From contig JBCCHT010000072.1 in the NCBI GenBank assembly GCA_039028615.1, forward strand, positions 1 through 34,671: DNA of 34,671 nt. The letters are read 5' to 3'. This stretch comes from Myxococcota bacterium (lineage in GTDB: Bacteria > Myxococcota_A > Polyangia > Nannocystales > Nannocystaceae). Every line of letters starts with the position of its first letter. The stretch's first letter is position 1. Under the pieces are notes generated by a model. The model did no database searches, was not told the origin of the DNA, and saw only the letters and a list, made by a program, of their open reading frames with translations. This document shows, in pieces, positions 1 to 8,628 of the stretch. A program made the translations under genes and the position numbers.

Positions 1-97
1 CCCCCCCCACGACACCGTTCGAGTCCAATTCTATCGACGAGGACTCATGCCAACAACGAACATCTATTTAGTTCATCAAACAACAGACGCTATTGTC

Positions 98-835
98 ATG
101 ACTATTTCCAAGTCCCTCATTTCCATCGTCACGGTCATCTCCATCGTAGGCTCCGTCGGCTGCCAAAACGCCCCCAGCGACCCCACCACCGAGGTCACCA
201 GCCCGTCCGCCGAGTTCAGCGACGAGGACATGTTCCGCGGCCTCGTGCTCGCCCAGGGCCCCGTCGCCCAGGAGATCCCGGAGATCGCCGAGCAGCTCGC
301 CACCCTCGACCAGCTGAGCCCGCAGCAGCGTCGGGTCACCGAAGATCTGCTCGATCGGCTCACCGAAGAAGTCCGCGACATCGACCCGGACTTCTTCGAA
401 TACTTCGCGGCCGAGGTCCGCAGCGGTGACCACATTCGCGTGATGGAGGCGCTCACCGATGCCAGCGGCATGGTCAACCGGGCCATGACGCAGATCGAAG
501 AGCTGCAGGCGGCCCGTACCGCGGGCCTGCAGGCAGCCGCCCCCGAGGAGCTCGTGCTCGATTCGGGCGACAGCTCCACCGCGGCCCCGCCCCTGCCCCC
601 GAACATCATCCTCGCCGCCGTGCCCGTCCCCAACATCAACTGGGTCAACCCGCCCACGCAGTGGGCGGACTCCGGGATCGCCGTGGTCACCGTCGTGGCC
701 GCGGTGGCGGTCGTGTTCGGGCTCGTGGCGGTCTATATCGACGTGTTCGGCCCCAGCTCCGCCGGGCAACACCCGGGGGGCCCGCTGCTCCGCGACCAGA
801 TCGTCGACTCGGTGACCCAGCGCTTCGGCGCCTGA
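98..835 (+). CDS. sdpC: SdpC-family (sporulation-delaying-protein-like) toxin/antimicrobial peptide precursor, possibly a lipoprotein
   Basis: Signal peptide ending VGSVGC; FSDEDMFRGLVLAQGPVA resembles the SdpC pro-region (FxGEDxFRGLxFGQG); Val/Ala-rich hydrophobic segment IAVVTVVAAVAVVFGLVAVY near the C-terminus; next to sdpA/sdpB-like genes. Alternative start at 47. Confidence 0.8.
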   Translation: MTISKSLISIVTVISIVGSVGCQNAPSDPTTEVTSPSAEFSDEDMFRGLVLAQGPVAQEIPEIAEQLATLDQLSPQQRRVTEDLLDRLTEEVRDIDPDFFEYFAAEVRSGDHIRVMEALTDASGMVNRAMTQIEELQAARTAGLQAAAPEELVLDSGDSSTAAPPLPPNIILAAVPVPNINWVNPPTQWADSGIAVVTVVAAVAVVFGLVAVYIDVFGPSSAGQHPGGPLLRDQIVDSVTQRFGA

Positions 836-902
836 GTCGAGTCGTCGCCCATCACCCACCGGGCGCCCGTGAGAACGACACGGGCGTCGCGGTGACCGTC
901 CG

Positions 903-941
903 GGGGAGGGCGGGGGTTTGCCCCTTGCCCCCGCTCTCCCC
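903..941 (+). promoter_or_regulatory. GC-rich stem-loop between sdpC and sdpA (mRNA stabiliser or partial terminator)
   Basis: GGGGAGGGCGGGGG (903-916) pairs with CCCCCGCTCTCCCC (928-941): 14 bp with one G-U, 11-nt loop, no strong U-tract. Confidence 0.5.
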
Positions 942-996
942 GCTTCGTCGTGCCCTCGAACCCGGGCCCTGCCCGCCGAATCCCGCTCCCCTCATC

Positions 997-1551
997 ATGC
1001 TCCGCCAAATCCATCGAGAACGACTCGTGTTCGCCGGCCTCTGGATCTTCTGGATCGGCGTCGCGCTGGTCATCCTGATCAACACCATCCCCGACACCGC
1101 CCTGCGCTTCAGCTCGAGCGCGCGGGTCAACGCCAAGCTGCTGGCGCCCGCCGGCTGGGGGTTCTTCACCCGCGATCCCCAAGAGCCCAAGATCCATGCC
1201 TTCGCCTATGACCTCGAGTCCGGCCAGTATCGGCCCTCGAACGCGCCCGACGTGCGCGGCCCGGGCGTGCTGGGCATCGATCGCCACTCGCGGGCCCTCA
1301 ACATCGAGATCGGCGCCATCCAGCCGATGATCCCGGCCAGCGCGTGGGTGCCCTGCTCGGGCGACCCCACCGAGTGCATCGCGGCCGAGCGGGCGCGAGC
1401 CGTGGACAACCCCATGGCCGATCCCTTGCTCTGCGGTCGCATCGGACTCGCCCGCATGAAGCCCGTGCCGTGGGCCTGGGCGCGCTCGGGTCGGCCGGTC
1501 CACATGCCCTCGCACACCACCTTGCTTCGCGTCGAGTGCCCGGAGGCCTGA
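997..1551 (+). CDS. sdpA: SdpA-family antimicrobial peptide system protein
   Basis: N-terminal TM helix, LLAPAGWGFFTRDP (P-x-G-W-x-F-F-T motif), LCG and PVPWAW motifs; ATG at 997 is in frame with ORF 661..1551. Confidence 0.85.
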   Translation: MLRQIHRERLVFAGLWIFWIGVALVILINTIPDTALRFSSSARVNAKLLAPAGWGFFTRDPQEPKIHAFAYDLESGQYRPSNAPDVRGPGVLGIDRHSRALNIEIGAIQPMIPASAWVPCSGDPTECIAAERARAVDNPMADPLLCGRIGLARMKPVPWAWARSGRPVHMPSHTTLLRVECPEA

Positions 1552-1553
1552 CC

Positions 1554-2525
1554 ATGTCTGGATACCAAGAGATCAAAACCCCGTGGAGCAACGTCTATGG
1601 CCTGTGTCGGTCGATCCTGGCGGCCGGCACCGCGGCGACATTGCTGGTCAACGACGCCGACCTGCTCTTTCGCCCGGCCGGCACCACCATCGCCGATCAG
1701 TCGCAGCTGCCGTCCTTGATGGACTACTCGCTGTTCTCGCTGGTGCCCAACCTCGAGCTCGCACGCTGGCTGGCCATTGCCGTGCTGCTGCTGGTCGCCT
1801 CGGGCTGGCGGCCGCGGGTCACCGCCCTGCCGCACTGGTGGGTCAGCGCGAGCTTTGCCGTGTCGTGTGTCCCCGTCGACGGCGGCGACCACATCACTGC
1901 CATGCTCACCATGGTGCTCGTGCCGCTGGCCCTCAGCGACTCGAGACCGTGGCACTGGTCGGCCCCCGAGTCCCCGTCTCCTCGCTTCGAGGCCCGTAGG
2001 GCCGTCGGCATCTCCACCGTGCACGCGCTGCGGGTGCTGGTCTCGCTCATCTACCTGCACGCGGGCGTCGGCAAGATGTTCGTCTCCCAGTGGCTCGACG
2101 GCACCGCCCTGTACTACTGGTTTCTCGACCCTCAGGTGGGCTCCAGCGGCCTCGTGCGAGAGACGGTGAGCGTGCTGTTCACCAACGGCTACGTCCTGAC
2201 CCTGAGCACCTGGTCGGTGATGGTCTTCGAGCTGGCGCTGTTCCTGGCCTTGATGGGGAGTCGTCGGTTCCGGGGCGGCTTGCTGGTGGCGGGCATGGGC
2301 TTCCACTTCGGCATCATCGTGGTCCACGGCCTGGTGAGCTTCTTCTTCGCCATGGCGGCCGCGCTGGTGATCTTGCTGCGCCACGTCGACGAGCCCTTCG
2401 CGTGGGTCGACACGGTCTGGGTCGCGATCCGCAGGCGCCTGGTGCCCGCGCCGATCGAGCTCCCGCGCCGACACCCGCGAAGCCGGGTCCGGCTCCGCTT
2501 CGATCCCAACGCGCACACGGGCTGA
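1554..2525 (+). CDS. sdpB: SdpB-family HTTM-domain membrane protein
   Basis: PWSNVYGLCRSILA, DGGDHI, IYLHAGVGK, WLDGTALYY and FHFGI motifs; multi-pass TM; ATG 2 nt after the sdpA stop. Confidence 0.88.
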   Translation: MSGYQEIKTPWSNVYGLCRSILAAGTAATLLVNDADLLFRPAGTTIADQSQLPSLMDYSLFSLVPNLELARWLAIAVLLLVASGWRPRVTALPHWWVSASFAVSCVPVDGGDHITAMLTMVLVPLALSDSRPWHWSAPESPSPRFEARRAVGISTVHALRVLVSLIYLHAGVGKMFVSQWLDGTALYYWFLDPQVGSSGLVRETVSVLFTNGYVLTLSTWSVMVFELALFLALMGSRRFRGGLLVAGMGFHFGIIVVHGLVSFFFAMAAALVILLRHVDEPFAWVDTVWVAIRRRLVPAPIELPRRHPRSRVRLRFDPNAHTG

Positions 2526-2544
2526 TCGAGCCCCCCAACGAACG

Positions 2545-2574
2545 CGACCCCGCTCGGAGCACCGAGCGGGGTCG
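2545..2574. terminator. Perfect hairpin between convergent genes (probable bidirectional terminator)
   Basis: CGACCCCGCTCGG-AGCA-CCGAGCGGGGTCG, a 13-bp perfect stem between the stops at 2525 and 2601. Confidence 0.7.
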
Positions 2575-2600
2575 TTGGTGTTCATCGAGTCGAAGAAGGC

Positions 2601-3743
2601 CTACTCGGCTACGGCGCAGACACCCACCTCGCCGAGGCACTCGTCGGGGGCTGCGCCCGCGTCGTACCAGGGCAGGCAGCTCTGGCCCTCGATGCAGCCC
2701 GCGTCACCGTCGGCGGGATTGCACAGGTCCGAGCAGCAGAAGGGCCCGGTGCAGCCGGGCACGGACGACGCGTTGAGGCAGGCCGAGCCCACCGCGCAGC
2801 CGTTGACGAACGCACACTCTTCGCCCGCTCCGGCACCGCCCGAGGCATCGGGGGCGCACTGGAAGAAGTCACCCGCGGCGTAGCAGCCCTCGCCCTCGCC
2901 GCACGCGGCTGGATCGAGCGGGTTGCACACGGGCAGGCACAGCGCGAGCACGCCGTCGTTGCTGATCGAGCACACGGTGTTCGCCGTGTTGCACACCGGG
3001 TTCAGCTCGCTGCAGCTGCACATCTCGATGCAGGTGCCCTGGTTGGTCTCGGGATCGACGTCCCAGCACATCAGGCCCTGGTCGCACGAGTCGATGCCGC
3101 TGACGCCGCTGCCTTCGACCGTGCACTGGTCCCCCGCCTGATCGGGCGAGTCCGCGATGGGGCTGCAGCGGGTGGCATTCCACGAGCCGCCGCCGTCGTT
3201 GGCCCACGGCATGCACTTTTCACCCGCGGGGCAGTCTTGCTCGAAGATGCTGCACTCGAACTGGACCGGGCCGCCGTCGGGATCGTCGATGAAGGTGCCC
3301 CCGCCGAGCTCGGGCTCGCTGGGGTCGACGACGTCGGTCGCCACGCCCATGCCCGGGGCGGTGCGGTCGTAGTCGAGGTAGTTGGGGCCGATCGAGCCCT
3401 CCTGCGCGCACGCCATGGGCGGCGGCAGCATGATCTCGCAGGCTTCCACGCCCTCGGTAGTGCCCTCGGTCTCGGCGTCGGTGTCGGACTCGGAGGTCTC
3501 CGCGTCACCGGTGGGGTCGACGACGGTCGTGCCCTCGTCGGTGCTGTCGCCCGTGGCCGGAGGCGTCGCGGCCCCGGTGGTGTCGCCGATGGTGGTCGTC
3601 AGCGCCGAGGTCTCCTCACCCGACTCCGCTCCGGGCGTGGGGTCCTCCTCGGTGGGACAGCCCCCGCTGAGCAACGCCATGGTCAGCAGCGCCGAAGCGC
3701 TTCCCCATCCGAACTTCATGGTCAATCTATGCATGGGCGACAT
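2601..3743 (-). CDS. Cysteine-rich myxobacterial surface lipoprotein
   Basis: Signal peptide with LLSGGC, Thr/Glu/Gly-rich linker, then a Cys-rich domain (CSIFEQDCPAGEKCMPWANDGGGSWNATRC...). Start could be 3743, 3734 or 3719. Confidence 0.8.
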   Translation of the reverse strand: MSPMHRLTMKFGWGSASALLTMALLSGGCPTEEDPTPGAESGEETSALTTTIGDTTGAATPPATGDSTDEGTTVVDPTGDAETSESDTDAETEGTTEGVEACEIMLPPPMACAQEGSIGPNYLDYDRTAPGMGVATDVVDPSEPELGGGTFIDDPDGGPVQFECSIFEQDCPAGEKCMPWANDGGGSWNATRCSPIADSPDQAGDQCTVEGSGVSGIDSCDQGLMCWDVDPETNQGTCIEMCSCSELNPVCNTANTVCSISNDGVLALCLPVCNPLDPAACGEGEGCYAAGDFFQCAPDASGGAGAGEECAFVNGCAVGSACLNASSVPGCTGPFCCSDLCNPADGDAGCIEGQSCLPWYDAGAAPDECLGEVGVCAVAE

Positions 3744-3874
3744 GGTAGCGCTTATGGGGCAAGGCGCCGCCCCAGACCGCCCCGGCTCACGAGAAACCTT
3801 CTCGGCTCTGCTCGACACCGCGCCCCGTCGCCCCGAGGGAAGGAGGCCCGCGGTCTTCCCGCCCGCGCTCGAAC

Positions 3875-4324
3875 TCAGATCTCCAGGCCCTTCGTCGCGC
3901 AGTGGCTTCGAAGCTTGTCCTTGTCCTCGTCGCCGTCGAACCGCGCGAGCACGAACTCCGCCTTTTCGCCGTCCCCCAGGCGACAGGCCGCAAAACCCAT
4001 CACCCACAGGGTATCGCGCTTGGCCTCGGTCTCGTACGACTGCTTGGCCTTGTCGTAGGCCCCGGCCGGGTCGCTGTACATCACCCGGCGCGCGTCCTGG
4101 AATAGTGCAACCGCGGTGGTGTCGGTCGGCGCACCCACGCTCGCGAGCGGGGCCGACTCGGGGGTCGCCGGGGCTTCGGCGTCGGGCTTCGCAGGCTCCG
4201 CCTCGGGCTTCGCCTTCGCTGGCTCGGTCGATTCCCCGGAGCAGCCCGCAATCGTCAGCACCATCGCCAGCACGGCACTGCCCGTTCCCATCACCGTCGT
4301 CGTCGTCCCCATCACCCGCATCAT
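3875..4324 (-). CDS. Small lipoprotein whose domain is paralogous to the C-terminus of the FHA protein at 8629-9819
   Basis: Lipobox IAGC, Pro/Ala/Glu linker, then a ~76-aa helical domain containing RDTLWVMGFAACR and HCATKGLEI. Confidence 0.8.
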   Translation of the reverse strand: MMRVMGTTTTVMGTGSAVLAMVLTIAGCSGESTEPAKAKPEAEPAKPDAEAPATPESAPLASVGAPTDTTAVALFQDARRVMYSDPAGAYDKAKQSYETEAKRDTLWVMGFAACRLGDGEKAEFVLARFDGDEDKDKLRSHCATKGLEI

Positions 4325-4375
4325 AGCCGGCCACGAGCGACCCCGAGCGATGCTGATCTGGGCCGTGACGCGGCG

Positions 4376-5569
4376 CTACTGCTCGGGATGCGCCTTGCGC
4401 CAGCGCCGGGCCGACGGCGACTGCTCGGGATCGTGGTTGGTCTCGAAGAAGTTGATGATCTCCGGATCCGCCTTCGGCCGCGCGAACGTGATGTCGTAGA
4501 CGTCGTCGGTGTACGGCTTCTGCAGCCAGTCGATGTAGTTCGACGCCGGCTGCACGTTGTAGCGGTAGTCCTTGTTGACCTTCCAGATGAGCAGCGTCCG
4601 CACGACGATCGCGTCGTCGTCGAAGGGCAGCTCGGCCATGATCTTGCGGTACTGCTTGGGATAGCGCGGCCAGTACTCTTCCGCGTTGCTCAGGTAGAGC
4701 ATGCGGATGGGCACCCCGAGCTCCTTGGCCGCCTTGCCCACGCCGCGCAGGCCCTTCTTGTCGAGCAGGTTGACCACCATCGGCCGCACGCGACGTTGCT
4801 CGAGCATCTGCTGCACGAACTCGTAGTGCTCTTGGTCGGTGAGGTACGAGGGGACCTTGGCCTTCTTCATGCCCCGCGACACCCGCTTGAGGCGGCGGTA
4901 GATCCAGGTGCGGTAGCCGAGGTACCAGCGCTTGAGGGTCTTGAAGCGGCGCTCACCGCGGGCGGCGGCGAGGATCTCGAGGGCCTCGGCGCGGGCGGGC
5001 TTGTCCCACAGGGCCATGAACTCTTCGGGGGTCTTCGCCGCGGCGAAGAAGATCCGGTAAAGCTCGTGGATCTGCATGACGGCGGGGTCGTAGTCGACCA
5101 GCCACATGATCTCCGGGCGAGCCCAGCTCATGAACAGGTACGCCTGGTCGGTGCCCACGCCGACGTAGCCGCCGCCGATGTCCTTGAGGATCGGGTAGTA
5201 GACCTCCAGCGACCACTCGTTGCCCGCGAGGTAGTGGCGGTTCTCCTGCTCCTTGGTGACGCCGCCGCGGTGGTCGGGCGCCTGGTCCTCGATGCTGCCG
5301 AAGAGGATCTCGAGCTGCGCGTCGGTCAGCGGACCGCGAACGGAAGGGTCGGGCTCCGGCTCGGGTTCGGGCTCCGGTTCCGGGGCGGGCTCGGGCTCGG
5401 CCGCGGGCTCCGGTTCCGGCTCGGGCGCGGGCTCGACCGCAGGCTCGGGTGCAGGCGCTGCGGCGACGGTGGAGCCGTCCGCAGGCGTGCTCGAGGACGA
5501 AGGTCCACGCGCGGCACAGGCGGTCAGCAGGGACAGGGCGAGCGCACGAAGGATGGAGGCCGTCGACAC
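4376..5569 (-). CDS. Lipoprotein with a Pro-Glu linker and an uncharacterised, possibly Rossmann/methyltransferase-like domain
   Basis: Lipobox LTAC, (PE)n linker, GGGYVGVGTDQ...WLVDYDP and LYLSNAEEY motifs; coding-like composition. Confidence 0.75.
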   Translation of the reverse strand: MSTASILRALALSLLTACAARGPSSSSTPADGSTVAAAPAPEPAVEPAPEPEPEPAAEPEPAPEPEPEPEPEPDPSVRGPLTDAQLEILFGSIEDQAPDHRGGVTKEQENRHYLAGNEWSLEVYYPILKDIGGGYVGVGTDQAYLFMSWARPEIMWLVDYDPAVMQIHELYRIFFAAAKTPEEFMALWDKPARAEALEILAAARGERRFKTLKRWYLGYRTWIYRRLKRVSRGMKKAKVPSYLTDQEHYEFVQQMLEQRRVRPMVVNLLDKKGLRGVGKAAKELGVPIRMLYLSNAEEYWPRYPKQYRKIMAELPFDDDAIVVRTLLIWKVNKDYRYNVQPASNYIDWLQKPYTDDVYDITFARPKADPEIINFFETNHDPEQSPSARRWRKAHPEQ

Positions 5570-5661
5570 GACGGCTCGTTATCGACTCAGCCCGGCCGCA
5601 GCGCAAGCCCCCGCCGACCCGCGGAGTTCCCGCGGGCGGCGAAGAGCCGGCCTCTACGGCC

Positions 5662-8436
5662 CTACTCGGCGACTTCGACGTCGTGCTGCTCCATCACCGC
5701 GCCCTCCATGGGCTCGGCCTTCAGCTCGCCCAGGTCCACGTCCTGGCCAGGCTGAGCGACGAAGAAGTGCACCACGAGCGGCTTGGGGCTGCCGGGGCTG
5801 AGCGCCACCAGTGCCCTCGGGCCCGCGGCGCAGTTCAGCTCGAAGCGACCGTCCTCGTCGGTGACGAGCGGGGCTTCGTCGCCGGTCTGCTCGATGGAGA
5901 CCTGCCCCGCCGCGCCCTCGCCCACCAGGATCATCGCCCCCGGCACGGGCTGCCCCGCTTCGTCGACGATGCGACCCCGCACGGTGAGCTTGTGCTCGAG
6001 CACCACGTCCTTGGTGACCGACTCGCCCGCGCCCACCGTGACCTCGGCCCGGCCGCTGCCGTCGGGGGCGGTGACCACCAGCTGATAGGTGCCGGGGTCG
6101 AGCCGCTCGAGCTCGAAGTGACCCGCCGAGTCGCGGACCTGCTTGCCCCGCGCGGTGGGCCCCTCGACCCTCACCGCGTAGCTCTTCAGGGGCTGTCCAT
6201 CCAAGGTGACCTGGCCTTCCACCCGACCGAGCTCGGCCAACGCCAGGGCGACGTCTTGACCGGGGCGGGCGATGGCGGTGACCCGCTCGCGACCGCCGCT
6301 GCTCTCGGCCGCCAGCTCATAGCGAGCATCGCGGAGCCCCGTGACCTCGAAGCGTCCGTCCTCGTCGGTGAGCACGGGGGGACGACCGTTGTCGGCCCCG
6401 CCGTCGTCGGCCACGATCATGCGCATCTCCGAGTGCTGGGACGGGCCCTCACCCTCCGGGGGCGGCTCGGGACCGAGGCCGGCCATCTCGGGCAGCAGAG
6501 CGGCGTGGACCCACACGTCGGGTACCGGGGCGCCGTCGGCCGTGCTGACGACGCCGCGGATGACCCCGTCGTGGGCATCGACCACCAGGTTCAGGTCATC
6601 GCGGTCGCGGCCCTCGGCCACGGTCACGGTGGCTGGACCCGAAAGCAGCGGCAGCGGCTCACCGTAGCGATCGACCACCTGGATCTCGTGCTCGCCCGCC
6701 GCGATGCCGCCGATCTCGAAGCGCCCGTCGGCGGTGCTGGTGCCCATCTCGGAGCCCATGTCCCGGCCGTTGACGGTCAAGCGCATGGTGGGCTCGCCCG
6801 GGCCTTGTTTCGGCCGCAGCGAGACGTTGGCCTGGGCCACCGCCGCGCCGCTCGCGTTGCGCACCACGCCGCTCAAGGTGGCCCGCTGCTCGAGTCGAAT
6901 CACGACGTCCTTGGCTCCGTCGGGCCCGACCTCGACCGTGACCTCGCCCGCTCGGCCGTCGGCGACCCGGGCCACCAGCGTACGCGGCCCCGGCATCGCG
7001 GGACCCAGCTCGAAGTTGCCGTCGCCATCGGTCTCGACCGAGGCTCCCCCCGAAGCGGCGAAGATCATGCCGCCCCCGCCTCCCATGCCCATCTGCATGG
7101 TCTCGGGGCGAAGCTCGATGGACACCTGCGCCACCGTGGGCGGCTCGACCCGACCCACGATGGTGGGCGCCGCGTTCAGGGTGAGGGTGAGCTCGGGCGC
7201 GTCGGGGCCCGCCTGCACCGTGGTGCCGGGCATCGAGGGCAGGTAGCCGTCGGCGCTCGCCATGACGGTCACCGAGCCGGGCAGCACCCCGGGCAAGACG
7301 AAATTGCCGTCGGCGTCCGTGCGCGCGCGAGGGCTGAAGCGTTCGTTGTCGAGCAGCTGCACCTCGGCGCCCGAGATCCCGCGCTCGGGGTCGTCGCTGG
7401 CCACCACCCGACCGCGCAGGTCGTGGGCTGCGATGACGAACACGTCCGCGTCGGTCACGTGCTCGGCCATGGCCAGCGGCACCACCGTGGGGCGATCGCT
7501 GACCCAGCCTGCGACGCGAGCCTGCACGGTCACCGCCCCGGGCGAGAGCCCCTGAATTCGGAAGCGACCCTCGGCATCGGCGCGGACCGTGCCCCCGCCC
7601 GCGGGCATGGACATGCGCTGCCCCGGCACCAGCGTCACCTGACGTTCGCGCTGCCAGGTGACCAGGGCCCCGGGCACCGCCTCACCGCCGTCGTCCTGCC
7701 GCACCACCCCCTCGATGACGCCCATGGGCACCAACGCGAAGTCCTGCGACTGAGCCCCCGGCCCCACCTCCACCGTGCGGTGCTCGGTGGCGTAGTCGGC
7801 GTGGCTCACCTCGACGCGATAGCGACCCGGCTCGACGTGCACCACGTAGTCGCCCTCGTCCGAGGACATGGTGCCGAACCCGTCGAGGCGCCGCAGCGAA
7901 GCCACCCCCGCCAGCGGAGTGAGCCGCACCAGCGCGCCCTCGACCGAGCCTCCGGTCGCATCGGACACGGTGCCTCGCAGCGGATGACCCCCCGCCTCGA
8001 GCACGAGCGTCAGGGGCCCGGTGGAGGGCACCTCCACGCCTCGCTGTACGACCGGCAACAAGCCGTCGGCGGTGGCCGACACGGCGTAGCGACCCGCCTC
8101 GACGTCGGACACCTCGAACTGCCCCGAGGCGTCGGTGCGCGCGGTGTGGCGCTGTTTTTCGTCCGCCTGGGCTCCGGCCGCGACCACGGTGATCACCGCG
8201 CCCGCCACCGGCTTGCCCGCGGACTCGGCCCGACCCCGCAGGGCATGGGTGGTCACGATGGGGCTCGAGGCCCGGGCCGTACGCGAGCCCGAGGCCTTCG
8301 CCGCGGGACCCGCTTGCTTCGCCTCGACCGGAGTCGGGGGCTCGGGGGCGGGCGCCGAATCGCGACCCAGCGCCCAGTAGATCAATACCCCTGCCAAGAC
8401 CAACAGGACCGCGATGATTGCTCCTCGTGAAACCAT
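5662..8436 (-). CDS. Membrane-anchored protein with many carboxypeptidase-regulatory-like (transthyretin-like beta-sandwich) repeats
   Basis: N-terminal TM anchor; about 9 repeats of G-x-V...G-x-PV-x-GA-x-V...TD-x-x-G-x-F...PG-x-Y. Confidence 0.88.
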   Translation of the reverse strand: MVSRGAIIAVLLVLAGVLIYWALGRDSAPAPEPPTPVEAKQAGPAAKASGSRTARASSPIVTTHALRGRAESAGKPVAGAVITVVAAGAQADEKQRHTARTDASGQFEVSDVEAGRYAVSATADGLLPVVQRGVEVPSTGPLTLVLEAGGHPLRGTVSDATGGSVEGALVRLTPLAGVASLRRLDGFGTMSSDEGDYVVHVEPGRYRVEVSHADYATEHRTVEVGPGAQSQDFALVPMGVIEGVVRQDDGGEAVPGALVTWQRERQVTLVPGQRMSMPAGGGTVRADAEGRFRIQGLSPGAVTVQARVAGWVSDRPTVVPLAMAEHVTDADVFVIAAHDLRGRVVASDDPERGISGAEVQLLDNERFSPRARTDADGNFVLPGVLPGSVTVMASADGYLPSMPGTTVQAGPDAPELTLTLNAAPTIVGRVEPPTVAQVSIELRPETMQMGMGGGGGMIFAASGGASVETDGDGNFELGPAMPGPRTLVARVADGRAGEVTVEVGPDGAKDVVIRLEQRATLSGVVRNASGAAVAQANVSLRPKQGPGEPTMRLTVNGRDMGSEMGTSTADGRFEIGGIAAGEHEIQVVDRYGEPLPLLSGPATVTVAEGRDRDDLNLVVDAHDGVIRGVVSTADGAPVPDVWVHAALLPEMAGLGPEPPPEGEGPSQHSEMRMIVADDGGADNGRPPVLTDEDGRFEVTGLRDARYELAAESSGGRERVTAIARPGQDVALALAELGRVEGQVTLDGQPLKSYAVRVEGPTARGKQVRDSAGHFELERLDPGTYQLVVTAPDGSGRAEVTVGAGESVTKDVVLEHKLTVRGRIVDEAGQPVPGAMILVGEGAAGQVSIEQTGDEAPLVTDEDGRFELNCAAGPRALVALSPGSPKPLVVHFFVAQPGQDVDLGELKAEPMEGAVMEQHDVEVAE

Positions 8437-8628
8437 GGGGTTCGTCCTTTCTCGTCGACGTCTTCCGAGGCGACCCCACCGAACCGGCCGAGGCCCGGTC
8501 GCATTTCCGCAGGATGCAAAAGGATCGCGCGCACGCGTCTACGGCCCGCCGCCGATTCGGTGACCAACCAAGATCACCGCATCGTGGCGCGGGCTCACGC
8601 CACGCCGCGAAACCGAGACCGACCGACG

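Noticed and set aside
3744..4334. N-terminal extension of the 577-aa ORF 2601..4334 (likewise the extensions of 10988..13213 and 13446..16034)
   Set aside because: Each extension overlaps another real gene in a different frame, so this is ORF-caller overextension rather than fusion or frameshift.
5345..5455. GGCTCG-type short tandem repeats
   Set aside because: They encode the Pro-Glu linker of the lipoprotein; ordinary low-complexity coding sequence.
5449..8430. 993-aa plus-strand ORF and other long antisense ORFs (e.g. 10637-12742, 13578-15794, 25144-27195, 27573-29279)
   Set aside because: Shadow ORFs opposite genes with clear motifs; expected in high-GC DNA, and their translations have no recognisable motifs.
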